DNA of 64,000 nucleotides from NCBI RefSeq assembly GCF_988243305.1, contig NZ_OZ547136.1; one strand, 5' to 3'. Shown piece by piece: positions 27,390 to 39,473 of this stretch (position 1 is its first letter; each line of letters starts with the position of its first letter). The notes under the pieces were generated by a model. It saw only the letters and a program-made list of their open reading frames with translations, ran no database searches and was not told where the DNA came from. The position numbers and the translations under genes were made by a program.

Positions 27390-28141
27390 ACACGCAGAAT
27401 GCTGACCCCTTGCGCTTCCAGTTGTTGCAGGATTTCCGGGTTAGCATTTTTGCCGGTGATCAGCATATCGATTTGATCGGCACGGCTAAAAAGCATTCCC
27501 GCGCGTTCGCCAATCTTACTGCTATCAACCAGTACCACCAGTTTCCCTACCACGCTCAGCATCTTCTGCTCTGCCATTGCTGTCAGCATATCGGTTTTAT
27601 ACAACCCTTCTGCGGTCAGCCCTTTTCCGCTGGTAAACATCCAGTGCCCGGCATAGAGACTGTTTTCGCTGCCCTGCGGGCTTAAAGTGATGGACTGACT
27701 TTTGTTGTACTGTCCACCCATAATGATCACGCTGTCATGTTCTTGATCGATCAGGTAATTTGCCAGCGGTAGATAATTAGTGATGATTTGCACTGGCTTG
27801 CCACACATTTCCCGCCCAAGCAGAAACGCGGTGGAGCCGCAGTTGATGACTACGCTTTCGCCCGGATTAACCAGCTGCGAGGCTGCTTTAGCGATACGTA
27901 CTTTTTCATCGTGATTCTGCGCCTGATGCAGATTCATCGGCGTCCAGCGCGGGCGCTGCTGGGTAATAGCTTCTGCGCCATTGCGCACCTTTTTCAGTTT
28001 GCCGCTTTCGTCAAGTTTATTGATATCGCGTCGCGCAGTGGCAGGCGAAATTCCCAGACGCTCAACGACTTTCTCAACGGTCACAAAGCCCAATTGTGCG
28101 AGCATTTCCAGGAGGATTTGATGTCTTTGTGCTTCAGTCAT
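27386..28141 (-). CDS. ulaR: DeoR-family repressor of the L-ascorbate regulon UlaR
   Basis: 251 aa; N-terminal HTH and DeoR sugar-phosphate binding domain; 4-nt convergent overlap with yjfP. Confidence 0.93.
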
Positions 28142-28248
28142 GAGCTATTCCGATAAAATTTGATTTTTTTAGATGATATTTGAAATAGCCAGGAAATACT
28201 ACGCCGGATAGCGCGAACTTCTCCACGCTATCCGGTATAAACGACAGA

Positions 28249-29313
28249 TTACAGGAATGACTTGAACGGCAGATCCGGTTCAATAGTGAAGCAATCATCG
28301 AAACCGCGCGGATAGTGGTACTCGAAGTTGTCTTTATCCAGCGGCCAGGTAAATTTGCCGCCAACCTGCCAGATAAACGGCTTGAAGCCATACTTCAGAC
28401 GATCTTTTTTCATCTCCCACAGCACGCGGATCTCTTGCGGATCGGCCTGGAAGTTTGACCAGATGTCGTGGTGGAACGGGATAACCACTTTCGCATTCAG
28501 GGCTTCACCCATACGCAGCATATCGGCGCTGGTCATTTTGTCGGTAATACCGCGCGGGTTCTCACCATACGATCCTAACGCCACATCGATCTGATGTTCG
28601 TTACCGTGCTTCGCATAATAGTTAGAGTAGTGGGAGTCGCCGCTGTGATACAGGGAGCCGCCAGGCGTTTTGAACAGATAGTTCACCGCGCGATCGTCCA
28701 TGCCGTCCGGCAGTACGCCAGCCGCTTTTTGATCGGCAGGCAGGGTGATCAGTGCAGTACGGTCGAAAGCGTCAAGCGCATGAATTTCAATGTCTTTCAC
28801 TTTTACAACATCGCCCGGTTTGACCACGATGCAACGCTCTTTCGGTACGCCCCAGCCAATCCACAAATCAACGCAGGTTTTCGGTCCAATGAATGGTACG
28901 TCATCAGCACAGTTCTGCATCACGGCAGCAGCGACGTTAACGTCGATATGATCGTTGTGATCGTGAGTCGCCAGTACCGCGTCGATCTGGCGAATCGCAA
29001 ACGGATCAAGAACAAACGGGGTGGTGCGTAGGTTTGGCTGCAGTTTTTTCACGCCAGCCATGCGCTGCATCTGGTGACCCTGTTTCATTAACGGGTTACC
29101 GTGACTTTGTTTGCCAGTGCCGCACCAGAAATCAACGCAAACGTTGGTGCCACCTTCTGATTTCAACCAGATCCCGGTGCAGCCTAGCCACCACATCGCA
29201 AATGTGCCAGGGGCGACCTGCTCTTGTTCAATTTCTTCATTCAGCCAGCTACCCCACTCCGGGAAAGTGCTCAGGATCCAGGATTCTCGGGTGATACTTT
29301 TCACTTTACTCAT
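28249..29313 (-). CDS. ulaG: L-ascorbate-6-phosphate lactonase UlaG (metallo-beta-lactamase fold)
   Basis: 354-aa form from ATG 29313 ([14 protein letters not shown]...); HDHNDH metal motif. Confidence 0.93.
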
Positions 29314-31065
<1,752 letters not shown>

Positions 31066-31080
31066 TAAGGAGTTTTGATT

Positions 31081-31386
31081 ATGACCGTACGTATTCTGGC
31101 TGTGTGTGGCAACGGACAAGGCAGTTCCATGATCATGAAGATGAAAGTGGACCAGTTTTTAACCCAATCAAACATTGACCACACGGTAAACAGCTGCGCG
31201 GTTGGCGAATACAAAAGCGAGTTGAGCGGCGCGGATATCATCATCGCTTCTACGCACATTGCGGGCGAAATCACCGTGACCGGCAACAAATACGTGGTTG
31301 GTGTGCGCAACATGCTCTCTCCTGCCGACTTTGGCCCGAAACTGCTGGAAGTGATCAAAGAACATTTCCCGCAGGATGTGAAGTAA
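31081..31386 (+). CDS. ulaB: PTS ascorbate-specific EIIB component UlaB
   Basis: 101 aa [16 protein letters not shown]... phosphorylatable Cys. Confidence 0.93.
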
Positions 31387-31395
31387 GGACGCGCC

Positions 31396-31860
31396 ATGAA
31401 ATTACGTGATTCGCTGGCTGAAAATAAATCCATCCGCCTGCAGGCCGAAGCAAATACCTGGCAGGAAGCGGTGAAAATCGGCGTTGACCTGCTGGTAGCG
31501 GCAGATGTGGTAGAGCCGCGTTACTACCAGGCGATTCTGGATGGCGTTGAACAGTTTGGTCCTTATTTCGTTATCGCTCCGGGGCTGGCAATGCCGCACG
31601 GGCGTCCGGAAGAGGGCGTTAAGAAAACCGGTTTCTCTCTGGTAACGCTGAAAAAGCCGCTGGAATTTAACCACGACGACAACGATCCGGTGGATATCCT
31701 CATCACCATGGCGGCGGTTGATGCCAACACTCACCAGGAAGTGGGCATCATGCAGATCGTCAACCTGTTTGAAGATGAAGAGAATTTCGACCGTTTACGC
31801 GCCTGCCGTACCGAGCAGGAAGTACTGGATCTCATTGACCGCACCAACGCGGCAGCTTAA
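31396..31860 (+). CDS. ulaC: PTS ascorbate-specific EIIA component UlaC
   Basis: 154 aa; EIIA fold with active His. Confidence 0.93.
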   Translation: MKLRDSLAENKSIRLQAEANTWQEAVKIGVDLLVAADVVEPRYYQAILDGVEQFGPYFVIAPGLAMPHGRPEEGVKKTGFSLVTLKKPLEFNHDDNDPVDILITMAAVDANTHQEVGIMQIVNLFEDEENFDRLRACRTEQEVLDLIDRTNAAA

Positions 31861-31873
31861 GAAGGAATTGAAC

Positions 31874-32524
31874 ATGTCATTACCGATGTTGCAAGTCGCG
31901 CTGGACAACCAGACAATGGATAGCGCCTACGAAACCACTCGCCTGATTGCCGAAGAAGTCGACATTATCGAAGTGGGTACCATTCTGTGCGTGGGCGAAG
32001 GCGTGCGTGCGGTTCGCGATCTGAAAGCGCTCTACCCGCACAAAATCGTACTGGCTGACGCCAAAATTGCCGATGCAGGCAAAATCCTTTCGCGTATGTG
32101 CTTCGAAGCCAACGCTGACTGGGTGACCGTGATTTGTTGTGCGGATATCAACACCGCCAAAGGTGCGCTGGACGTGGCAAAAGAGTTTAACGGCGACGTG
32201 CAGATCGAACTGACCGGTTACTGGACCTGGGAACAGGCGCAACAGTGGCGCGATGCAGGTATTCAGCAGGTGGTTTATCACCGCAGCCGTGACGCGCAGG
32301 CCGCTGGCGTGGCATGGGGTGAAGCCGATATCACTGCGATCAAACGTCTTTCCGATATGGGCTTCAAAGTCACCGTCACCGGTGGCCTGGCGCTGGAAGA
32401 TCTGCCGCTGTTCAAAGGCATTCCAATTCATGTGTTTATCGCCGGTCGCAGCATCCGTGATGCCGCTTCTCCGGTTGAAGCCGCGCGTCAGTTCAAACGT
32501 TCCATCGCCGAACTGTGGGGCTAA
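31874..32524 (+). CDS. ulaD: 3-keto-L-gulonate-6-phosphate decarboxylase UlaD
   Basis: 216-aa form from ATG 31874 ([14 protein letters not shown]...); OMP-decarboxylase-like. Confidence 0.93.
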   Translation: MSLPMLQVALDNQTMDSAYETTRLIAEEVDIIEVGTILCVGEGVRAVRDLKALYPHKIVLADAKIADAGKILSRMCFEANADWVTVICCADINTAKGALDVAKEFNGDVQIELTGYWTWEQAQQWRDAGIQQVVYHRSRDAQAAGVAWGEADITAIKRLSDMGFKVTVTGGLALEDLPLFKGIPIHVFIAGRSIRDAASPVEAARQFKRSIAELWG

Positions 32525-32533
32525 GGAGCGGAT

Positions 32534-32589
32534 ATGTTGTCCAAACAAATCCCGCTTGGCATCTATGAAAAAGCGCTCCCCGCCGGGGA
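32534..32589 (+). pseudogene. ulaE: 5' remnant of ulaE (L-ribulose-5-phosphate 3-epimerase) truncated by island insertion
   Basis: MLSKQIPLGIYEKALPAG matches the UlaE N-terminus, then the reading frame runs into unrelated AT-rich sequence and stops. Confidence 0.85.
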
Positions 32590-32795
32590 TGAGCTTAAGA
32601 TAGCTATAACATTGAATAATAAAAATATATTTAAATATATCGTATAAATAGCCCCCAATATAGCCCCCAAGGTGTAGTTGTTATACATGAAGGTATATTG
32701 AACTCTGTTGAAATATTATCTGTAATGGTTCAGTGAATGCAGCATACCTACCTGTCTTGTTCCGGGACGAGACACAATATCTGTGATATATAAGT

Positions 32796-33644
32796 CTATA
32801 CTGAAGAAGAGACTTTTCCCGCATAATGTTTCGCAATAATATCATTTAGCCGATCAACCAGTTCTGGTTTCCTGAACGTGATATGTGCGGAGCCCTTCTT
32901 AAAGTATCTGATGCTGAACATCTCATCTTCATAGCACGCTTTGCCCTGAACGGAGCGGATGTGATCATCCAGACGAATAGTGATGTTTTCCCGGTTGTCG
33001 GGGATTGGTTTGCCGCTGAACAGGTGCAGCATTCTTTCCTGGTCGGCAAGTCTATCTGCCTGTTGCCCGGTGATAAGATGCAATCCCCATCGGTCCCATC
33101 TCACCAGATTGTTGACGATAATTTTATTGCCAAATTTACAGGGGGAGTTGGTTTTGTAATTCCAGCTCAGCCCTCTGAAGAGGTTGATCACACCTCGCTC
33201 AAACACTTCATCCTTATTCTGGTGCAGTTGTTCAAATGTGCTCAGGATATTCGCCTCGCTGATTTCCGGAAAATTATCGTACTCCAGTGACCGGTACCAT
33301 GTATCACGGGCCTGTGCATCCATTAATGACAGCATCCCTGAACGTTGCATCAGGTCACGCCAGATTTCGCGGTCAAGGTTGCGGGTGATAGCTTTCATTG
33401 CGGTTTCCGTTTTATCCATCAGCCAGCAGCCGCAGCGAAAATCCTGTTTCATGGCCCAGTCCCGGGCGGTTTTACCTCCAATACTTTCTGTCAGTACTGA
33501 GATTTCTGCCAGTTGCCGGATAAGTGTGTCGATTTGCAGCAGCGCACTCTTTCGCACAGCTAGAATGTGGCTGACTGAGGTGGAGCAGATAACGTCCGTA
33601 TGCCCGTTGACCACTTCCGGACGGGAGGCTGTGATTTCAGACAT
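32796..33644 (-). CDS. DUF4942-type protein found at the distal end of CP4-like islands
   Basis: 282-aa ORF; family call is from memory of island-end genes. Confidence 0.65.
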   Translation of the reverse strand: MSEITASRPEVVNGHTDVICSTSVSHILAVRKSALLQIDTLIRQLAEISVLTESIGGKTARDWAMKQDFRCGCWLMDKTETAMKAITRNLDREIWRDLMQRSGMLSLMDAQARDTWYRSLEYDNFPEISEANILSTFEQLHQNKDEVFERGVINLFRGLSWNYKTNSPCKFGNKIIVNNLVRWDRWGLHLITGQQADRLADQERMLHLFSGKPIPDNRENITIRLDDHIRSVQGKACYEDEMFSIRYFKKGSAHITFRKPELVDRLNDIIAKHYAGKVSSSV

Positions 33645-33728
33645 AATCGTTTTTCCTTTTTACTGATAAACGAAAACGCCAGCCGTATTCAGGCTGGCGT
33701 CAGTGGAATGAAGTCTGGTGAGTAAGAC

Positions 33729-33926
33729 TCACCGGTTCTGTTGCAGAAACTGCACCTGGCGCAGGGTACGGATATCTTCCCTGGCCTGTTCAATGCAGGG
33801 CAGCAGTGCTGCTGAATCCGTGTTATCCTCATCGTTGTCGAAGATAATCCCTGATTCGCAGTCAATATTGTCCTGCAGCCACGCAATCAGAATATCCAGC
33901 GCCGTTTCTGTGGTTAATAATTTCAT
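33729..33926 (-). CDS. Small hypothetical protein (65 aa)
   Basis: ATG 33926 (MKLLTTETALDILIAWLQDN...) within ORF 33729..34163; followed by a hairpin plus T-tract on the minus strand. Confidence 0.45.
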   Translation of the reverse strand: MKLLTTETALDILIAWLQDNIDCESGIIFDNDEDNTDSAALLPCIEQAREDIRTLRQVQFLQQNR

Positions 33927-33945
33927 CCAGTGTCTTTTGTCCTGA

Positions 33946-34434
33946 TTACCAGTCGAAAGTGGGTAAATCCGGCAGACATTCTGCGCTGGCATCCAGATGA
34001 ATGAGACTGACGCCATAACGCCGGATGAGAGTGACAACCAGACGACGGAACGTTTTTGACAGGCCCAGGCGTTTAAGCTGCAGAATCGGGTATGACCATG
34101 CATTGGCACGTAACAGATATCCGCTGCCTGTAAAATGAATCCATTCTGATTCGCCGGTGTCATTCGTCTGATGTGACAGCGAGTACAGCCAGGCGTTGTC
34201 TGTTTCCGTGATATGTGCGGTGCTGCAGCGTATACCGCTCAGGGCAGCAGAGGGGGGCATGCTGTCAGTTGCGGTCCGGTCAGATGCATCAACAACACGA
34301 AGGGAGTAGCCATTATCGCAGACCACGTTAATCAGTTCGGCAAGCTCAATACCATCGATGTCAACGACAATGCGCCCCATGTTCAGCGCCTGCACGTTAA
34401 TGCTGTCGGCCTCCAGCGTCAGGGCCAGTTTCAT
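33946..34434 (-). CDS. Hypothetical protein (YeeW-like position downstream of toxin gene)
   Basis: 162-aa ORF; position after cbtA-like gene. Confidence 0.5.
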   Translation of the reverse strand: MKLALTLEADSINVQALNMGRIVVDIDGIELAELINVVCDNGYSLRVVDASDRTATDSMPPSAALSGIRCSTAHITETDNAWLYSLSHQTNDTGESEWIHFTGSGYLLRANAWSYPILQLKRLGLSKTFRRLVVTLIRRYGVSLIHLDASAECLPDLPTFDW

Positions 34435-34478
34435 TGTTTCGCCTCCGGATGCTTACCCAGGATAATGTCATTTACCGT

Positions 34479-34808
34479 TCAGTAGTGGCTGCGGGTCATC
34501 AGGCCGGTTGCCCGGCGGGCCCGGAGAATATCAATGCTGTTGATTAACTGCGACGGGGCTCCTGCGCTGAATCCCGGCTGGTCAGTTCGTACCAGCGCGT
34601 ATTTTTCAACGAGAAAGTTCACCGCATCACACAGTGAAATCCCTGCCTCAATATGCTGCTCAATCACACGTTCATCAGCGAACGGTGTGTCATTCAGCGT
34701 GAGGCCATAGTGCTGGTCCAGCAGTCGGGTGAGCAGTGTCTGCCAGATGGTGACGGGAGACGGGCAGCCCGATGCCTCCCGTACGTGAGTGTCGGGTAAT
34801 GTATTCAT
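34479..34808 (-). CDS. CbtA/YeeV/YpjF-family type IV toxin (cytoskeleton-binding)
   Basis: ATG 34808 ([56 protein letters not shown]...); slightly shorter C-terminus than remembered K-12 homologues. Confidence 0.85.
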   Translation of the reverse strand: MNTLPDTHVREASGCPSPVTIWQTLLTRLLDQHYGLTLNDTPFADERVIEQHIEAGISLCDAVNFLVEKYALVRTDQPGFSAGAPSQLINSIDILRARRATGLMTRSHY

Positions 34809-34854
34809 CTTAAGTTCTCTGTAACAGGTGGTGATAAAGGGGAGATATCCGGGG

Positions 34855-35232
34855 TTATACGGTGATTGTGGGCGCTGCCGGTGTCGGATAAACAGCCAGA
34901 TAAACGTAACCACAACTGCCAAGGGTATCGGCTTCGCAGGTCAGCCCTTTCGCATACAGTGTGACGGTATGCTGATGACGGGGATTCAGTTCACCGCCGG
35001 TGAGCATGAGTTCCAGTTGTTTCATCAGCAACGGAAAGGCCTGGTCCAGATGGTACGCATCCGCGTCGCTGAACCGGCCTCTGATACCGGCGCGGTCGGC
35101 AAGGTAATGCAGGCGGTTACCCTCCTGTACCAGTCGGGCCCCGAAACAGGGCGTCACGGTGCAGGGCCCCCCCCACCAGGGGCGGTCGTGATTGTCGTCG
35201 GGATGCGTTGTCCCGGGGAGTGTGTCTGACAC
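34855..35232 (-). CDS. CbeA/YeeU/YfjZ-family type IV antitoxin
   Basis: 125 aa [50 protein letters not shown]... Confidence 0.85.
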   Translation of the reverse strand: MSDTLPGTTHPDDNHDRPWWGGPCTVTPCFGARLVQEGNRLHYLADRAGIRGRFSDADAYHLDQAFPLLMKQLELMLTGGELNPRHQHTVTLYAKGLTCEADTLGSCGYVYLAVYPTPAAPTITV

Positions 35233-35307
35233 GATAAAGTCCTCACAAAAAATCGGTTAAGAATGGTCCGGTGGTGGCGATAATGCTGCTCATCAGAATG
35301 CCCTGAT

Positions 35308-35529
35308 TCAGTTCAGGGTGACGCTCATCAGCCGGACATACGGGCCAAAACTGTCCTTATGGCGTTCAGCAAACACGGCCAGCACTCCGGGAATATCCTG
35401 CACTTCACGACCGGTATACGCCCCGGCACTGCCGTGCCAGCGGTACTTACCGGTGCAGAACGGAAAAAGACGGGATGCCGGATGCTGTTGGTGAATACGC
35501 ATGGCTTCACCACGGGTGATGATTTTCAT
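35308..35529 (-). CDS. DUF987 protein (YeeT/YpjJ family)
   Basis: 73 aa MKIITRGEAMRIHQQHPASRLFPFCTGKYRWHG... Confidence 0.85.
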   Translation of the reverse strand: MKIITRGEAMRIHQQHPASRLFPFCTGKYRWHGSAGAYTGREVQDIPGVLAVFAERHKDSFGPYVRLMSVTLN

Positions 35530-35597
35530 GATGTGATACCTCTGAAGACAGAAGATAAAAGTGAAAACAGGTATGATGTGGTTGTGACGGTGACGGG

Positions 35598-36074
35598 TTA
35601 AAGCAGACCGTGTTCCGCAAAGGAGAAAACCTGGCTGCCACCGATTATCAGATGGTCCGGTACCCGGATATCCACCAGGGCCAGTGCCTGTACCAGACGC
35701 TCAGTGATAAGGCGGTCTGCCTTGCTGGGGGTGACTTCACCGGACGGGTGATTGTGCGCCAGCACCACGGCAGCGGCATTGTGGTACAGGGCGCGTTTAA
35801 TCACCTCCCGGGGATGGACTTCTGTGCGGTTGATGGTGCCAGTGAAGAGGGTTTCACCGGCAATCAGCTGATTCTGGTTGTTCAGGTACAGCACCCGGAA
35901 CTCTTCACGCTCCAGCCCTGCCATGTTCAGAATCAGCCATTCCCGTGCCGCACGGGTGGAGGTGAAGGCCACGCCGGGTTCATGAAGATGGCGGTCCAGG
36001 GTTTTCAGGGCCCGTTGAATGAGGCTGCGCTCGCCGGGCGTCATCTCTCCGGGCAGAAAGGAAAGCTGTTGCAT
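35598..36074 (-). CDS. RadC-like JAB-domain protein (YeeS/YfjY/YkfG family)
   Basis: ATG 36074 (MQQLSFLPGEMTPGER...); JAMM-like motif HNHPSGEVTPSKAD. Confidence 0.85.
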   Translation of the reverse strand: MQQLSFLPGEMTPGERSLIQRALKTLDRHLHEPGVAFTSTRAAREWLILNMAGLEREEFRVLYLNNQNQLIAGETLFTGTINRTEVHPREVIKRALYHNAAAVVLAHNHPSGEVTPSKADRLITERLVQALALVDIRVPDHLIIGGSQVFSFAEHGLL

Positions 36075-36089
36075 TGTACTTCTCTCCAT

Positions 36090-36563
36090 TCAGTCGATGA
36101 TGCGCATAATGGCGCTGCATTCCGGATGCTGCAGGGCGTAATCCCGCAGCCGGTAATAATGGACCGTCATGGCATAACACTCCGTACGACAGGCATGATG
36201 ACTGTACGTCATCAGACAGGCAGCAATGCCGGCAGCTTCCGGACTCATTTCAGCGCGGTTACCGTTCATGGCATTGAACAGTACCCATGTTTCGTCATCA
36301 TCGTCATCCGGTTCGGGTGCCATAAATGCCCCGCCGTTGTTCAGGGTGTACAGATTCCAGATACCACCGCAGTAGTCTTCGCACAGACGGTCCATCCAGC
36401 CGAAGACACGGGGCTCCAGGGTCACCCACTGTGGAATGAGGCCAAAGTGCTGCGGCCAGAAGCTGATGCGCTGTTCATCAGGGACGAGGGTGGCAACCAG
36501 TTGTTGCAGGTCAGTCTCCGGTGCACAGGCTGAAGAGGTGGTGTTCTGAGACAATGTTTTCAT
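36090..36563 (-). CDS. Antirestriction protein (KlcA/ArdB-like, YfjX/YafX family)
   Basis: ATG 36563 (MKTLSQNTTSSACAPETDLQQLVATLVPDEQRISFWPQHFG...); acidic DDDDDE patch. Confidence 0.85.
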   Translation of the reverse strand: MKTLSQNTTSSACAPETDLQQLVATLVPDEQRISFWPQHFGLIPQWVTLEPRVFGWMDRLCEDYCGGIWNLYTLNNGGAFMAPEPDDDDDETWVLFNAMNGNRAEMSPEAAGIAACLMTYSHHACRTECYAMTVHYYRLRDYALQHPECSAIMRIID

Positions 36564-36656
36564 GTATGAAATCCTTGTAATGTGAATAAATGAGAGGGAG
36601 TAAAGGCCGGGGGCTGACAACATCACGTTCATCACTGAGCGTGAGACCCGGTAATG

Positions 36657-36902
36657 TCAGGGATGAATGATATTCGGCTGAAATTCCGGACAGCCGTACG
36701 CGTAACCGTTCCGGTCACAGACGGATGGCCAGATGCCATTGCCTGTACTCAGTCTGCACAGACTGAGTTCTCCGGGACGGTAAAGCAGACGGGTACACCA
36801 GGCGCACAGGTCATCATCAGAAATGGAACGACACCCCGGCAGCGCCTCCGGGGCGTCGGGTGATTCTGGTACCTGAATCACGCCTTCAGGGATATGTTTC
36901 AT
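36657..36902 (-). CDS. Small Cys-rich hypothetical protein
   Basis: 81 aa from ATG 36902, overlapping the stop of the upstream DUF932 gene (TGATG coupling). Confidence 0.55.
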   Translation of the reverse strand: MKHIPEGVIQVPESPDAPEALPGCRSISDDDLCAWCTRLLYRPGELSLCRLSTGNGIWPSVCDRNGYAYGCPEFQPNIIHP

Positions 36903-37723
36903 CAGCGCATACTCTCCAGCAGCGTTTCTGCCATTACCCACAATGCGCGGTTGAGCTTAATATCGGTGTCGATGCTGTGAATGGCACGGGTGTGGATACG
37001 TTTTCCTCTGGCACTGCGCCCGGAAATCCCCCCTTTCAGCATATTCTCCTGGATGGTCTGATAAGCACTCCACAGGTCCTTTCCGTAATCCTCCCGGCGT
37101 CGTGGCGTCAGAATGTCGGCGGTGGTGACGGGCTGATGTTCGTCACCATAACGGTAAGTCAGTGCCGCCTGTGCCAGCGCCTGGCGTGCCGGTGGCGGCA
37201 GGACCAGCGACTGCATGGCATCACGCTTCTCCTCTATCCGGTCAAAAACCCCCACCACCTCGTAAGCCCCTTCGATAACTTTCTCCACTACATTTCCCCG
37301 GTGCGGAACACGCACTTCCCCCAGAGACTGACCACAGACGCACCCGTTCTGGCAGACGAACCTGAAGTAACCCGGCAGCATCTGGTAGCTGGATGAACCG
37401 TCATGAGAGTTGAGCAGAATAATTTCAGGGACATGCTGACCGGTTATCTGTCCGGCCCGCCGCAGACGCAGCATGTGTTTTGTGTATTCCCGGCGACCCG
37501 GGTCACGCACACGTGTCTGGCAGGCGAAGAATGGCTGAAAGCCTTCCCGCTGCAGGCTTTCCAGTACGGTGATGGTGGGAATGTACGCATAGCGTTTACT
37601 GCGGGAAGTATGCCGGTCTTCACCGAAAATACTGGGAACATAGTGCATCAGTTCTTCGTGTGTCAGCGGACGGTCACGGCGTATCTGGTTTGCAGCATAA
37701 CCAAAACGACTGGCTAGTCGCAT
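36902..37723 (-). CDS. DUF932 protein (YfjQ/YkfB family)
   Basis: 273 aa; RBS AAGGAG upstream of ATG 37723. Confidence 0.8.
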   Translation of the reverse strand: MRLASRFGYAANQIRRDRPLTHEELMHYVPSIFGEDRHTSRSKRYAYIPTITVLESLQREGFQPFFACQTRVRDPGRREYTKHMLRLRRAGQITGQHVPEIILLNSHDGSSSYQMLPGYFRFVCQNGCVCGQSLGEVRVPHRGNVVEKVIEGAYEVVGVFDRIEEKRDAMQSLVLPPPARQALAQAALTYRYGDEHQPVTTADILTPRRREDYGKDLWSAYQTIQENMLKGGISGRSARGKRIHTRAIHSIDTDIKLNRALWVMAETLLESMR

Positions 37724-38115
37724 AATTTGCTCCTTATCGGTGGTTAAGATTTACTGGTGTAATAAATGAAAAAGCCACGTCTCCCGGAGAAGACGCGGCC
37801 TGATGGACGAAATTAATGAGGTTTATTGTCTGAGAAGACCGTCACTGGCGAACCTTCCGGCGTCAGTCTCTGCGTTGCGGATAACCCGACGGAAATGAGT
37901 TCCCTGGTCATCGTCGATAAACACATTGCGGTAAGCTGTTGTGATGACAACAGCCTGCTCGCGTGAGAAAGGGACTTCGGGCAATAAACGTGACATACAA
38001 CCAGACCTGTATTTGGTTCCCTGAAAATATAAGTCCCTGTCATCATGGCAGAGCCGTATTTACTTTTGATATCAATAAATTAATAACGCGAAGATGAACC
38101 GCATAACTTACGCCT

Positions 38116-38546
38116 TTAATTTGTTTTGTTTACGTAGTCCCTGACCAGGTACGCGAATTCGTGAACGCCAGTTTCACCAAACCAAATCAGGTAACCAGGG
38201 TCGATGTTGTAATAGTAACCAACGACTTTATGCGTTTTTGGGTTATAGAGTGTTACGATATAGTCCCAGCCGCAGGCGTGGGCTTTACAACCGCCACCTT
38301 CTACCCAGGTCGTTCCGTTAATGTTTACAGGATACGCACCACCATCAGGACCATCCATATAGCCGTCTTCCCCAAACATTCCGTTTAACCCAACAGGGTT
38401 TAATGCTTTGTCGATAGCAGCTCTGTAGGTAGCGTCACCTTCGTATAACTCGTACGTTGTTGGACATGCACCAGGCTGGTCAGCCCGGGCTTTTGAGTCG
38501 CATTTAAGTGTCTGATTTACAGTGGCGGCGTTTGTGTCAGGACTTA
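38116..38546 (-). pseudogene. 3' part of a small protein gene interrupted by IS1 (CKAHACG motif, tentatively Ivy-like); 5' 25 nt lie at 39315..39339
   Basis: Reading frame continues across the IS1 (MKFIVKAL / I / SPDTNAATVNQ...CKAHACGWDYIVTLYNPKTH...); RBS AAGGAGAG upstream of ATG 39339. Confidence 0.5.
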
Positions 38547-38561
38547 GGTAATGACTCCAAC

Positions 38562-39065
38562 TTATTGATAGTGTTTTATGTTCAGATAATGCCCGATGAC
38601 TTTGTCATGCAGCTCCACCGATTTTGAGAACGACAGCGACTTCCGTCCCAGCCGTGCCAGGTGCTGCCTCAGATTCAGGTTATGCCGCTCAATTCGCTGC
38701 GTATATCGCTTGCTGATTACGTGCAGCTTTCCCTTCAGGCGGGATTCATACAGCGGCCAGCCATCCGCCATCCATATCACCACGTCAAAGGGTGACAGCA
38801 GGCTCATAAGACGCCCCAGCGTCGCCATAGTGCGTTCACCGAATACGTGCGCAACAACCGTCTTCCGGAGCCTGTCATACGCGTAAAACAGCCAGCGCTG
38901 GCGCGATTTAGCCCCGACATAGCCCCACTGTTCGTCCATTTCCGCGCAGACGATGACGTCACTGCCCGGCTGTATGCGCGAGGTTACCGACTGCGGCCTG
39001 AGTTTTTTAAGTGACGTAAAATCGTGTTGAGGCCAACGCCCATAATGCGGGCTGTTGCCCGGCAT
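38562..39065 (-). CDS. insB: IS1 transposase InsB (made as InsAB' fusion by frameshifting)
   Basis: 167-aa ORF matching IS1 InsB. Confidence 0.9.
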
Positions 39066-39259
39066 CCAACGCCATTCATGGCCATATCAATGATTTTCTG
39101 GTGCGTACCGGGTTGAGAAGCGGTGTAAGTGAACTGCAGTTGCCATGTTTTACGGCAGTGAGAGCAGAGATAGCGCTGATGTCCGGCGGTGCTTTTGCCG
39201 TTACGCACCACCCCGTCAGTAGCTGAACAGGAGGGACAGCTGATAGAAACAGAAGCCAC
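38984..39259 (-). CDS. insA: IS1 protein InsA
   Basis: 91 aa [43 protein letters not shown]... Confidence 0.95.
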
Positions 39260-39473
39260 TGGAGCACTTCAAAAACGCCATCATACACTAAATCAGTAAG
39301 TTGGCAGCATCACCTAAGTGCTTTTACGATGAATTTCATGATAACTCTCCTTATGACATTAATAAATGCGTTAATCTTAAATCTCACCCAGGTAATATAT
39401 ATCTGAAAATATTTTCAACAACACCAGACAGGAAAAACACCACCACAGGCGGTGGCGTTTCTTTGGGGCGTCT

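Larger units (their letters stand above)
38547..39314 (-). mobile_element. IS1 insertion sequence (768 bp, complete)
   Basis: Termini GGTAATGACTCCAACTTATTGATAG (38547) and ...AGTAAGTTGGCAGCATCACC (39314); contains insA and insB. Confidence 0.95.

Noticed and set aside
31718-31873. Upstream extension of ulaD giving a 268-aa ORF
   Set aside because: The extension overlaps the ulaC 3' end in another frame; the conserved UlaD N-terminus MSLPMLQ begins at ATG 31874.
37813-38046. 77-aa minus-strand ORF between the DUF932 gene and the IS1-split gene
   Set aside because: No RBS or conserved features; lies in the likely promoter region of the DUF932 operon.
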